Positions 9,091 to 18,560 of a DNA stretch of 57,063 bases are shown here, piece by piece (the first letter of the stretch is position 1; every line of letters begins with the position of its first letter). Origin of the DNA: an uncultured Bacilli bacterium (GTDB taxonomy: Bacteria > Bacillota_I > Bacilli_A > RF39 > UBA660); assembly GCA_947623665.1 (NCBI GenBank), contig CANQHJ010000001.1, forward strand, positions 1 through 57,063, in the 5' to 3' direction. Below the pieces are notes generated by a model. The model saw nothing but the letters and a program-made list of their open reading frames with translations. It was not told the origin of the DNA and did no database searches. The position numbers were made by a program, and so were the translations under genes.

Positions 9091-9885
9091 CTAACATATT
9101 TTATTAGTAATATCTACAAACACTTCAACAGAAAGTTCTTCTGCTCTAACTCTTAAATCTTTATTATATTTTTTTAAAACACTGTCTATTATCTCTAAAT
9201 TATAATTACCTAAATTATTTTTTAAATTTTTTCTTTTAAACCTAAAACTATCTTTTACTAATTTATAAAATACGTCAATATCTTTAACAGGAAGCTTTTT
9301 TTCTTTAGAAGTAAGTTCAATTATAACACTATCAACATTTGGAATAGGCTTAAATTCATAACGAGAAACATTCATAATTTTTTTTAATTCATAAGAATAG
9401 TTAAGTATAACACTTAAAGCATTATAACTACGAGTTCCACAAGTTGCACTCATTCTTTCCCCAAGTTCCTTTTGAACCATCATAACTATCTTTTTAAATT
9501 TAATAGAAGAGTCTACTAATTTAAATAAAATTGGTGTAGTTATATAATAAGGAACATTACTTATAAAATAAATATTATCTACATTATATTTTTCAATATC
9601 TTCTTCTATTTTTCTTTTTAAAAAATCATAAAAAATAATATCTACATTGTTTACATCATTAAATTCTCTAGTTAATATTTCTTTAAGATCATTATCAATC
9701 TCATATGTTAAAACATATTTTGCATTTTTTGCAAGTACTTTAGTCAAAGCACCACTTCCAGGACCTACTTCAATAACGAGAGAATTATCCAAAATATCTA
9801 CTTTCTTTACCATTTTCTCTATTATTAAATTATTCTTCAAAAAATTTTGACCAAATTTTTTTTTAAATTTAAAATTACTATCCAT
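9091..9885 (-). CDS. rsmA: 16S rRNA (adenine1518/1519-N6)-dimethyltransferase RsmA/KsgA
   Basis: KKFGQNFLKNNLIIEKMV and the SAM-binding motif VIEVGPGSGALT. Confidence 0.93.
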   Translation of the reverse strand: MDSNFKFKKKFGQNFLKNNLIIEKMVKKVDILDNSLVIEVGPGSGALTKVLAKNAKYVLTYEIDNDLKEILTREFNDVNNVDIIFYDFLKRKIEEDIEKYNVDNIYFISNVPYYITTPILFKLVDSSIKFKKIVMMVQKELGERMSATCGTRSYNALSVILNYSYELKKIMNVSRYEFKPIPNVDSVIIELTSKEKKLPVKDIDVFYKLVKDSFRFKRKNLKNNLGNYNLEIIDSVLKKYNKDLRVRAEELSVEVFVDITNKIC

Positions 9886-9960
9886 CTATATCACCAAAGC
9901 TCTCTTTCATATAACATAACAAATAACTAATATTAATTCAAGAAAAAAACTCTGTATTAA

Positions 9961-10476
9961 TTACAAAGTTTCTTCATCATCAAGTTGAACAGCAACAGGT
10001 TTTTCTTTTTTTAAAGTACTACCTTTATTATTTTCTTTTTTCTTATTTAGTTTAAAACTACTTTCACTAAACATCAAAAATACATTAGCAATACACAAAC
10101 CATATATCATAACATTTATAAAAGTAAGAACATCAGAATAAAAGTTAAAGTTTATATGATATGTATTTTTCCACCTATAAATCATATTAACATCAAATAC
10201 AGATCTTAAAGCTAAAAATGCTATTGTAAAAAATACCAAACAACAAGTTATATTATAAAATACATTTTTGGTAACACCAGTTTGTCTGAAAAACATATTA
10301 ATAATAAATAATACCAATATAACTATATAAGGTATAAAAACATAAATTAAATTAATCATATCTTTTTCTAATCTTTGATACATAGCAATCAAAACATACA
10401 AAGAAGTTCCAAAAGCAGCAAGTAAAAGTACAAATTTCAAGAAATAAAACATTCCATTTAATATTTTAACCATCAT
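9961..10476 (-). CDS. Hypothetical 4-TM membrane protein with a charged tail (last gene of the SipW-like cassette)
   Basis: 171-aa ORF with four hydrophobic segments and a KKKENNKGSTLKKEK tail. Its ATG overlaps the upstream stop (ATGATG/TGA) and follows GGAGG. Confidence 0.6.
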   Translation of the reverse strand: MMVKILNGMFYFLKFVLLLAAFGTSLYVLIAMYQRLEKDMINLIYVFIPYIVILVLFIINMFFRQTGVTKNVFYNITCCLVFFTIAFLALRSVFDVNMIYRWKNTYHINFNFYSDVLTFINVMIYGLCIANVFLMFSESSFKLNKKKENNKGSTLKKEKPVAVQLDDEETL

Positions 10477-11168
10477 GCACCTCCTACTATTCCTTTAAAC
10501 CATCTAGAAATCTCTAACAATAAATCAATAGATTTATAATATGAACTACTAACTTCAGCATAGCTATCTCTAGTCATTTCATATATATTAGTCTTAGAAT
10601 TTTCACTACTAAAGAAGAAACTTCCATTATTAAGTAAAACTTTTGATACATAGTCATTATCTTCTCTTATACTATCAGCATTTAATTTAATAAATGGAGC
10701 TATTTTAGCCAAATCTTCATCATGAAATTTAGCATTTTCTCCAGTCAATCCTAACTCATATAATTGTGTTACAATACAACCATTTACTATTTGACTTTGA
10801 TATAAATTTTGAAGTCTATAAACATCTGTTATAGTCATTTCTTTTTTATTAAGCATTTTATTTAAATCTTCATTTTCAAATGCTTTAACACAAAGTTGCA
10901 TCCTTGAATTAATAGTCATTAACATTACTCTTTCTTTCGGTCCATTATATAAATTAGGATTAAAACTTGAAACTGTACCTTTTATTTCTGTAAGTTTTTC
11001 ATTTACTGTTTGAAGTTTTTGTATTGATGAATCAGCTTTTACCAATTTTGTACTAATATCTTTATAATGATAAAAGTTTATAAATAGTAAGAAAAATGAA
11101 GCACCAAAAACTAACCCCGTGAAAGTATAACCAATTACTTTCAAATATTCTTTTAATAATTTTATCAT
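10473..11168 (-). CDS. Hypothetical N-terminally anchored extracytoplasmic protein
   Basis: 231 aa with one N-terminal TM (VIGYTFTGLVFGASFFLLFINFY), then a soluble, probably helical, domain. ATGA overlap with the upstream gene, preceded by a GGAGG RBS. Confidence 0.6.
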   Translation of the reverse strand: MIKLLKEYLKVIGYTFTGLVFGASFFLLFINFYHYKDISTKLVKADSSIQKLQTVNEKLTEIKGTVSSFNPNLYNGPKERVMLMTINSRMQLCVKAFENEDLNKMLNKKEMTITDVYRLQNLYQSQIVNGCIVTQLYELGLTGENAKFHDEDLAKIAPFIKLNADSIREDNDYVSKVLLNNGSFFFSSENSKTNIYEMTRDSYAEVSSSYYKSIDLLLEISRWFKGIVGGA

Positions 11169-11710
11169 TTATTTTCCTCCGATACTGCTTGAATATTAAC
11201 TTTATAACGATAATATTTTCCTCTCCAATTTGTATTATTTGCACTTTGTGGAATCCAAACCTTCAATTGATACTTATTAGTTTTAGAAACAGGTATAATT
11301 CTTTCATCAATTATATTATTTTTTATTTCAGACATATCATCACTAGCAATCACTTTTCCATCTAATTTCAATTCATAACGTAATTGATTTCTTGAAAGTA
11401 ACTCACTTTTTCTATAACCTTTTTTATCTCTAAGTTCAACTTCCTCAATTAACACTTGATACCTAGAATCAATATTACCATTATTCTTAACATCAAACTT
11501 ATAATAGTTCATCTTTTTAGCCTCTTCATCACTTATAGGTAATAATTGTTCAATATCAACACCTTTTCCTTTATCTCCTATAACAATTTCAACATTACCT
11601 ACATCACTATTATCATGATGATAATACAATCTAAAACATAAGATAGCAACTACTACAGTAAATACAATAATAGCAGTAGAAGAAAGCAGAATAACAGCAG
11701 TTTTTTTCAT
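11165..11710 (-). CDS. Hypothetical signal-anchored beta-rich protein (candidate SipW substrate, weakly TasA-like)
   Basis: ATG at 11710 with GGAGG 9 nt upstream. The sequence is MKKTAVILLSSTAIIVFTVVVAILCF followed by a soluble domain containing FDVKNNGNIDSRYQVLIE and a terminal YRYKVNIQAV strand. It lies immediately downstream of the signal peptidase. Confidence 0.6.
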   Translation of the reverse strand: MKKTAVILLSSTAIIVFTVVVAILCFRLYYHHDNSDVGNVEIVIGDKGKGVDIEQLLPISDEEAKKMNYYKFDVKNNGNIDSRYQVLIEEVELRDKKGYRKSELLSRNQLRYELKLDGKVIASDDMSEIKNNIIDERIIPVSKTNKYQLKVWIPQSANNTNWRGKYYRYKVNIQAVSEENK

Positions 11711-11711
11711 A

Positions 11712-12641
11712 CTAACGACCTCCTTTTTTATGTTTTTTCTGCTCACTGTATTTTCTTAAAACTTCCAAATACTCATCTTCTTCATCTAAATTTTTTTTCT
11801 TATTTTGTTTATTCTTAGCTTTACTTTTATTCTTATATTTTTGTTTATTTTCATCTTTTTCTTGCTTTTTATTGCGTTCTTTATCAATATTATCTTTTTT
11901 CTTTTCCTCTTTCGAATCTAATATTTCATCTTCCAATATTTCATCTTCACCATTTTTCTTTTTCAAATCCAAACTACTAACAGTCTTTGGAACAAATTGA
12001 TTATTTTTATCTTTTTTATTTTTTCTAGAAGTTTCTTCTTTTATAGTTTTTATAAGTTTCATAATATCATATATAATAATTCCAAGACATGGAACAACAA
12101 CAGCAAGTACCCATCCATAAGTCTGAGATAAGAAATATTGTATATATCCTATTTTAGGAATCCTTAATATTACTTTTCCATAAATATTTTTTCCATTTAC
12201 CAAAGCAGTATCTTCTGTATTATTATTATCACCCTTCGTTCTAAACAAAACATTATCTGAACCCTTATTTTCAATTCCAACTATACGATGTGTAATAGTA
12301 ATGCCATCATATCTTGGATCTTTAGAATCAAAAGTTATAATATCATTCTTTTTTAATTTATTAACATCTGTTCTCATTACAACTACTGCATCCTGTACTT
12401 TAATAGCAGGAACCATACTGGGACTTATAATTACATAAGCATTAAATAAAGGAATTGTATTTTTCCCTGTCTCTATATTTTTCTTCAAATCTATAAAATA
12501 TACAACTAGAGTAACTGCTGCGATAATTAATATTAAAAATATTGACCATAAAATTACTTTTGAAACATAATGAAGTGCTAATTTTACAGTATCAACTATC
12601 GAGATATGAGGCTTATATTCTGCATTTATATCCTCTCTCAT
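11712..12641 (-). CDS. Signal peptidase I, SipW/ER-archaeal type (S26B), with a ~110-aa Lys-rich tail
   Basis: Motifs ISPSMVPAI (Ser nucleophile), NDIITFD, ITHRIVGI (His) and FRTKGDNNNTED. TM helices lie on both sides of the catalytic domain. The C-terminal tail is rich in K, E, D and N. ATG at 12641; the track ORF starts at a GTG at 12650. Confidence 0.8.
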   Translation of the reverse strand: MREDINAEYKPHISIVDTVKLALHYVSKVILWSIFLILIIAAVTLVVYFIDLKKNIETGKNTIPLFNAYVIISPSMVPAIKVQDAVVVMRTDVNKLKKNDIITFDSKDPRYDGITITHRIVGIENKGSDNVLFRTKGDNNNTEDTALVNGKNIYGKVILRIPKIGYIQYFLSQTYGWVLAVVVPCLGIIIYDIMKLIKTIKEETSRKNKKDKNNQFVPKTVSSLDLKKKNGEDEILEDEILDSKEEKKKDNIDKERNKKQEKDENKQKYKNKSKAKNKQNKKKNLDEEDEYLEVLRKYSEQKKHKKGGR

Positions 12642-12722
12642 ATGAATCACCCTTCTTTACCCTATTAATATAAATTATCATAACATATTTAAATATAAAA
12701 ATCTAGTTTAATAATAAACAGT

Positions 12723-13478
12723 TTACATATTAAAAATACTTTTTGTATTATCTATAATTATTTTTTCTGCTTCTTCATAATTAATACATTTTACTTCACA
12801 AATCTTTTTTAAAATATAAGGTAAATATTTAGAACTATTTTGTTTACCTCTATAAGGATCTGGCGTTAAAAAAGGGCTATCAGTCTCAAGAACCAACGAT
12901 TCAATTGGAATATCTCTCACAACCTCACTAAGTTTACTATTTTTAAAAGTAACAACACCACCTATTCCTAATTTATATCCCATTTTTATATAAATATTTG
13001 CAGTTTCTAAAGATCCAGAAAAACAATGGATAACACCTTTTACTTCTGGAAATTCTTTTAATATTTCTATGGTATCCAAAGTAGCGTCTCTTGAATGTAT
13101 AACTACAGGTAAAGACAATTTAAAAGCAATTTCCAACTGTTTTTTAAATAATTGTTTTTGTTCTTCTTTATTTGCCTTAGTATAATAATAATCTAATCCA
13201 ATCTCTCCTAAAGCAACAATCTTAGGTGTTTTTATTAATAATTCTTCAAGCTTTTCTAAATCTTTTTTTGTTGTAGTAGAAGCATATTCTGGATGAATAC
13301 CTAAACTTAAATATATAAAATCATATTTTTTAGAATACTCTATAACCTCATCATACTCTAAAACATCACAAGAACTAACAATTATTTTACCAACTCCTGC
13401 TTTTTTATCATCTTTTATTACTTTATCAATATCATCATAATATTCTGCACTTAAATGACAATGAGTATCTATCAACAT
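12723..13478 (-). CDS. tatD: TatD-family metal-dependent DNase/hydrolase (YabD)
   Basis: MLIDTHCHL... and ...GVIHCFSGS...ETDSPFLTP are TatD motifs. The ATG at 13478 lies 8 nt downstream of AGGAG. Confidence 0.9.
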   Translation of the reverse strand: MLIDTHCHLSAEYYDDIDKVIKDDKKAGVGKIIVSSCDVLEYDEVIEYSKKYDFIYLSLGIHPEYASTTTKKDLEKLEELLIKTPKIVALGEIGLDYYYTKANKEEQKQLFKKQLEIAFKLSLPVVIHSRDATLDTIEILKEFPEVKGVIHCFSGSLETANIYIKMGYKLGIGGVVTFKNSKLSEVVRDIPIESLVLETDSPFLTPDPYRGKQNSSKYLPYILKKICEVKCINYEEAEKIIIDNTKSIFNM

Positions 13479-13556
13479 AATCATCACTCCTATAACTTAA
13501 ATATAATATACTAAAAAACAATATTCAACATTTTTTACAAAATAAAAATATCTTAA

Positions 13557-13736
13557 CTAAATAAGATATCTCGTATGTCTTCTATGTATTTTAATCCTAA
13601 CATAATAAATCGTTAGCATACATAGATATAGAATATCAACCAACTCCCAACTATGCAAGATAATTAACACTAAATAAATAGCTACTGAGAAATAAGCAAC
13701 ATCCAAAGAGTGCTTTTGCATAAACTTATCTAACAT
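13557..13736 (-). CDS. Unannotated 59-aa two-TM small protein
   Basis: GGAGAATAT precedes the ATG. Translation: MLDKFMQKHSLDVAYFSVAIYLVLIILHSWELVDILYLCMLTIYYVRIKIHRRHTRYLI, ending at TAG. It is one codon short of the shortest ORF in the track (60 aa), and it fills an otherwise empty 360-bp gap. Confidence 0.45.
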   Translation of the reverse strand: MLDKFMQKHSLDVAYFSVAIYLVLIILHSWELVDILYLCMLTIYYVRIKIHRRHTRYLI

Positions 13737-13851
13737 ATATTCTCCTTTTTTTATTTCTACTTCTCACTACCACTCATCTACTATAACATAAAAAAAGAAA
13801 GAAAAAAGCCTTTTCAAAGATTTTTTTCAAACTTTACATTATTTTTTACAA

Positions 13852-14382
13852 TTATTGTTCTACATATTCACCTAAAAATCTAGCAGTAACATTAGCAATC
13901 TTTTCATCTGTGCCAGATAAGTTTTCTTTAGTTGATACTACTAATACTAATCCAATAGCATCCCCATTCATTATAATCGGATATATTACATAAGTACAAT
14001 TTAATTCTTGTCCTTCTACTAATTCTAACTTATTAAAATCTTTTTCTACTACAATTTTTCTATTATTCATTATATCTTCTAAATAAGGAGAAATATTTTT
14101 ATTAAGATATTTTTCTTTTAATTCTCCTGAAATTGCTAAAAAGCAATCTCTATCAGATACAAAAATGTTTTTACCAATAGTATTATTTACTATTCCTATA
14201 AAAGATTTAGCAAGCTCATTCATTTCTCTAATAGAAGAAAACTTCTTTAATCCTATAGTTTCTTTATCAACAAAAATTTCTAAAGGTTCACCATCTCTAA
14301 TTCTTAAATTTCTTCTTATTTCTTTTGGAATAACAATTCTACCAAGATCATCTATTCTCCTAACTACACCAGTTGTTCTCAT
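13852..14382 (-). CDS. spoVT: Stage V sporulation transcription regulator SpoVT (AbrB-type N-domain plus GAF-like C-domain)
   Basis: MRTTGVVRRIDDLGRIVIPKEIRRNLRIRDGEPLEIFVD is near-identical to the SpoVT/AbrB swapped-hairpin N-terminus. The 176-aa length and the position after mfd match B. subtilis. Confidence 0.9.
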   Translation of the reverse strand: MRTTGVVRRIDDLGRIVIPKEIRRNLRIRDGEPLEIFVDKETIGLKKFSSIREMNELAKSFIGIVNNTIGKNIFVSDRDCFLAISGELKEKYLNKNISPYLEDIMNNRKIVVEKDFNKLELVEGQELNCTYVIYPIIMNGDAIGLVLVVSTKENLSGTDEKIANVTARFLGEYVEQ

Positions 14383-14523
14383 TTTATCTCCTCGCTTCCC
14401 AACTAATATTATTGTTTCTAAATATTAAAAATTTATACTATTTTCTCCATCTAATTATATTATAATAGTTATATTCAATTTTAATGTTGGTAAATTTTGG
14501 GACAAAAAAACAAAAAGTAATTA

Positions 14524-15183
14524 TTACTCTTTGTTATCAGAAAAAAGATATGATTTACTATTAACAAACAAATATCTTTCACTTTGTTCTCTTATACCAT
14601 TAAACAAAGTGGTATCTTTAACTAAAACCTTTAATTCTATACTTTCAAGTAATTGTTTAAAATACTTTTTCTTTATATATTTAGTAAATTCTAAAGAAAA
14701 ATCTTTTATCACTTTTTCATCTTCACCACTAGAAAAATATTTTTTAATATTTTTTAAAAGATACTGTTCGATATTATCATCTATTATCCTCTTTGCCTCT
14801 TTTTTTAATTCTCTATTAATATCAGAAAATCTCTTTTTTGTTATTTTAATAGTATCCATTTCTTTCTTAGGTGAAAAACTATCCACACTGCAAAGCAACA
14901 ATTCTTCTCTTTTTTTCATTATAGGACTAAAACTTTTACTAATACTATCACGATATTTTTGTAAATTCTTTTCCATGTATTCAGTATTTAAAATTATACT
15001 ATGTTTTTTTGCAAGAATCAAAAGTTGACTTTTTATAACATCCATTGAATCAAGTGGTGGTTTCTGTAAAAGTGAATTAATATCATCAACAAATAATGCT
15101 TTATTATTATTTTTTATTATTTCTTTTATTGATTCTTTATAATTACTTAAATGTTTTTCTTTTATTTTTGTTACTTCTTCCAT
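14524..15183 (-). CDS. Hypothetical Lys-rich soluble protein
   Basis: 219-aa ORF with a GAGGAAAG RBS. I recognise no family motif. It lies between mfd and spoVT. Confidence 0.55.
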   Translation of the reverse strand: MEEVTKIKEKHLSNYKESIKEIIKNNNKALFVDDINSLLQKPPLDSMDVIKSQLLILAKKHSIILNTEYMEKNLQKYRDSISKSFSPIMKKREELLLCSVDSFSPKKEMDTIKITKKRFSDINRELKKEAKRIIDDNIEQYLLKNIKKYFSSGEDEKVIKDFSLEFTKYIKKKYFKQLLESIELKVLVKDTTLFNGIREQSERYLFVNSKSYLFSDNKE

Positions 15184-15248
15184 ATGCTTTCCTCTTCTAC
15201 TCTCTAATACAGAATACCAATCATTTATTTTTTAGTCAATATAGTTTT

Positions 15249-18200
15249 TCAAATTATAGAAATTTTTTCTAACAGTTCTATTAAATAATATAAAGGATTT
15301 TTTTCAAGTTTTATAGTATCTAAAATAATTATAATTTTACTACTAGTACTTTTAAATCTAAACATTGGTGTTATTTTAAAAGACTCAACAAATAACTCTT
15401 CCATATTAATCACTTTACTAAGATTAATATCAAAGTACATCTCTACAGAATTTTTAGTTTGAACAAGTTTCTCCATTTTTACCTTATCAGCTAATTTTTC
15501 AAACCACTCTTCATACATATAAAGAATCATATCTTCACTAAGTTTACCAAAACGATCTTCTAACTCTTCTTTTACTTCTTTTAATTTATCAAAACTATCA
15601 ATAGAATTAATTTTCCTATGAATTTCAATCTTTAAATCTTCATCTTTTACATAATCATCATCTATATGAGTACTAACTTGATATAAAGGATTTTTTACCT
15701 CTTCTTCATCATTTTCTTTTATATCTTCACCTTTTTGTTTACTAATCTCTTGCTTTAGTATTTTTAAATATAAATCAATACCAACAGAATCTATAAATCC
15801 TGCTTGTTCACTTCCTAGCATGTCTCCTGCTCCACGAATAGATAAATCTCTAGTAGCAATAGAAAAACCACTACCAAGTTCAGTAAACTCTTTTATAACA
15901 TTAAGTCTTTTTACTGCAGACTCTGTCAGTACTTTATTTTGCTTATACATCAAATAAGCATACGCAAAACGATCACTTCTTCCTACTCTTCCCCTAATTT
16001 GATACAACTGACTAAGACCAAATCTATCTGCATCAAATATAATTAAAGTATTTACATTAGGAATATCAATCCCAGTTTCTATAATCGTCGTACATAACAA
16101 AATATCATATTCATGATTAGTAAAATCCATCATTCTGTTTTCCAACTCATCTTTAGTTAATTGTCCATGTGCACATACTATTCTAGCATCTGGAACTAAC
16201 TTTTGGATAGAAAATGCTTTTCTCTCAATTGATTCAACTCTATTATAAAGCATAAAAATTTGTCCACCACGTGATAGTTCTTTATAAATTGCATCCTTTA
16301 TTATTTGTTCATTCTCATCTATTACATAAGTTTGAATTGGATACCTATTTACTGGTGGTGTTTCAATTAAAGACAAACTTCTAATACCAGTAAGAGACAT
16401 TTGAAGAGTTCTTGGAATTGGAGTTGCAGTTAAAGTTAAAACATCAACATTATTTTTATACTCTTTTATTCTTTCTTTATGTGTAACTCCAAAACGTTGT
16501 TCTTCATCTATAACTAAAAGTCCTAAATCTTTTGGTTGAATATCTTTGCTTAACAATCTATGAGTACCAAAAACCAAATCAATAGTACCATCTTTCAATC
16601 CTTCAATTATTCTTTTCTTTTCATTAGGTGTTGTAAATCTATTTAAAATTCCTATATTAACTGGAAAATTACTAAATCTCTCCTTTGCATTACTATAATG
16701 TTGATTAGAAAGAATAGTAGTTGGACATAAAAACAACACTTGTTTAGAATCTAATATAGCTTTAAAGCATGCAACAAAAGCAACTTCTGTTTTACCAAAT
16801 CCAACATCACCACAAAGCAATCTATCCATAGGCTTAGAAGACTCCATATCAGATTTAATCTGAGAAATTGCTAACTTTTGATCATCTGTTAACTCAAAAT
16901 CAAAATCTTCTTCAAACTGTTTAATCAAATTATTATCTTTTGAAAAAGCAAATCCTTTCTGACTTTCTCTTAATGCATAAAGTTTTATAAGACGTTTTGC
17001 AATATCTTTAACTTTTTTACGTACTCTACTTTTTGTATTTAGCCATTCCTTACCACCTAATTTGTTTATTTTAGGAATTACTCCTTCTTTACCTGAAAAC
17101 TTATTTAAAATATCAATTTTTTCTACTGGAATATAAAGCTTATCATTACCTTTATATAAAACTTCTATATAATCTTTTTTTAATCCATTACTAGTAAGTT
17201 CTTTTATACCATTATATACTCCAATACCATGAATTTCATGAACAACATAATCACCAATATCTAATTTTTCTAAACTTTTTATCTTATTAGCATGCTTTAA
17301 TTTAGTTTTATATTTCTTATTTTCCTTCTTTACTTTAAACAATTCATTTTCAGTTATAAAAACATAATTTTCATAAACATATCCCTTATCTAATACTTTT
17401 TCTATTATATTTACTTTATTATCTTTAATTTTTTCTTCAGTTGTCAAAACATATGGTACTTGTAAATGTTTTATAATAGCATTTATTTGATGTTTTTTTA
17501 AACACATCACAACAGTTTTTCCGTTTGAAATAGATTTTCTCAAAAAAGATTCAATACGTGCAATATCCTCATTAAACATCGGAACTTCTACTACATCAAA
17601 CCTATCAATATCAATATTTTTTAAAGAAATATTATTAAGATTCATATAATATATATTTTCATCAGATTTAATAGATAATAAAGAATGCATATAATCATCT
17701 TTAAAATCTTTATCTCTACTATTTCTATAAGTTAAAATATCTTCTTCCAATTGCAAATAACCGTTTTGAATTTGACCATAATCTTTAAAAATTGTAACAA
17801 ATGAAGAATAAGAGGAAATAGATACCACTTCATTTGAATACTTTTTTAAATATTTTTGTTTTGTTTCTAATTCATCAACATCTTTATCCGTTAAAAATTC
17901 CCAACAAGGATATATAGTTATCTCATTTAACTTTTCAATAGATTTTTGAGTTTCCGGATCAAAAGCTCTAATAGAATCAACAGTATCACCAAAAAACTCT
18001 ATTCTTATAGGATTTATCTCTCCAATAGGAAAAACATCTACTATATAACCTCGATGAGCAAACTCAGATGTATTAGTTACAATAGAGTCTTTTCTATATC
18101 CCATATTAACTAATTTACCAATAAATTTTTCAAAATCAATATCTTCATCTTTTTTCAAAGAAACTATACTATCATTATATTTTTCTTTTGTAGGTAAAAA

Positions 18201-18551
18201 TCTTAAATATCCCATAAGATTAGTTACAATTATTTTGTTTTTATTTAAATTAACTATAGTAGACAATGTTTCAAGTCTAGTAACTTGTAAATCAGGACTT
18301 GCTGCTAAAGATTCACTAGTCAAAAAATCATCCATAGGAAACAAATAAACATCATCAGTATAATTAGACAAAGAATTATATATTTTATTTGCTTCATATA
18401 AAGAATTCATAACAACAAGCAAATCTTTACTTTGCTGATTTAATAAATTATATAAATAAACACAAAAAAACTCATCCGTAATACCCACTATACCTCTATT
18501 ACCGATGTTCTCTGGATTTCTTATCTTAACTAAATTATCAAACACACTCAT
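15249..18551 (-). CDS. mfd: Transcription-repair coupling factor Mfd
   Basis: Superfamily 2 helicase motifs (GDVGFGKTEVA, DEEQRFG, TATPIPRT, QLYQIRGRVGRS) and a CarD-like domain. The ATG at 18551 follows AGGTGA; the track ORF starts at a GTG at 18560. Confidence 0.95.
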   Translation of the reverse strand: MSVFDNLVKIRNPENIGNRGIVGITDEFFCVYLYNLLNQQSKDLLVVMNSLYEANKIYNSLSNYTDDVYLFPMDDFLTSESLAASPDLQVTRLETLSTIVNLNKNKIIVTNLMGYLRFLPTKEKYNDSIVSLKKDEDIDFEKFIGKLVNMGYRKDSIVTNTSEFAHRGYIVDVFPIGEINPIRIEFFGDTVDSIRAFDPETQKSIEKLNEITIYPCWEFLTDKDVDELETKQKYLKKYSNEVVSISSYSSFVTIFKDYGQIQNGYLQLEEDILTYRNSRDKDFKDDYMHSLLSIKSDENIYYMNLNNISLKNIDIDRFDVVEVPMFNEDIARIESFLRKSISNGKTVVMCLKKHQINAIIKHLQVPYVLTTEEKIKDNKVNIIEKVLDKGYVYENYVFITENELFKVKKENKKYKTKLKHANKIKSLEKLDIGDYVVHEIHGIGVYNGIKELTSNGLKKDYIEVLYKGNDKLYIPVEKIDILNKFSGKEGVIPKINKLGGKEWLNTKSRVRKKVKDIAKRLIKLYALRESQKGFAFSKDNNLIKQFEEDFDFELTDDQKLAISQIKSDMESSKPMDRLLCGDVGFGKTEVAFVACFKAILDSKQVLFLCPTTILSNQHYSNAKERFSNFPVNIGILNRFTTPNEKKRIIEGLKDGTIDLVFGTHRLLSKDIQPKDLGLLVIDEEQRFGVTHKERIKEYKNNVDVLTLTATPIPRTLQMSLTGIRSLSLIETPPVNRYPIQTYVIDENEQIIKDAIYKELSRGGQIFMLYNRVESIERKAFSIQKLVPDARIVCAHGQLTKDELENRMMDFTNHEYDILLCTTIIETGIDIPNVNTLIIFDADRFGLSQLYQIRGRVGRSDRFAYAYLMYKQNKVLTESAVKRLNVIKEFTELGSGFSIATRDLSIRGAGDMLGSEQAGFIDSVGIDLYLKILKQEISKQKGEDIKENDEEEVKNPLYQVSTHIDDDYVKDEDLKIEIHRKINSIDSFDKLKEVKEELEDRFGKLSEDMILYMYEEWFEKLADKVKMEKLVQTKNSVEMYFDINLSKVINMEELFVESFKITPMFRFKSTSSKIIIILDTIKLEKNPLYYLIELLEKISII

Positions 18552-18560
18552 AATTTTCAC

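Noticed and set aside
14879-14887. Near-canonical DnaA boxes CTATCCACA (14879) and TAATCCACA (20998) as regulatory sites
   Set aside because: They are single, isolated one-mismatch hits inside coding sequence far from other boxes, which is consistent with chance.
14531-15028. 165-aa plus-strand ORF antisense to the 219-aa gene
   Set aside because: It is a Leu/Ser/Phe-rich shadow frame of a Lys/Glu-rich gene in AT-rich DNA. It has no RBS and lies entirely within a better-supported minus-strand ORF.
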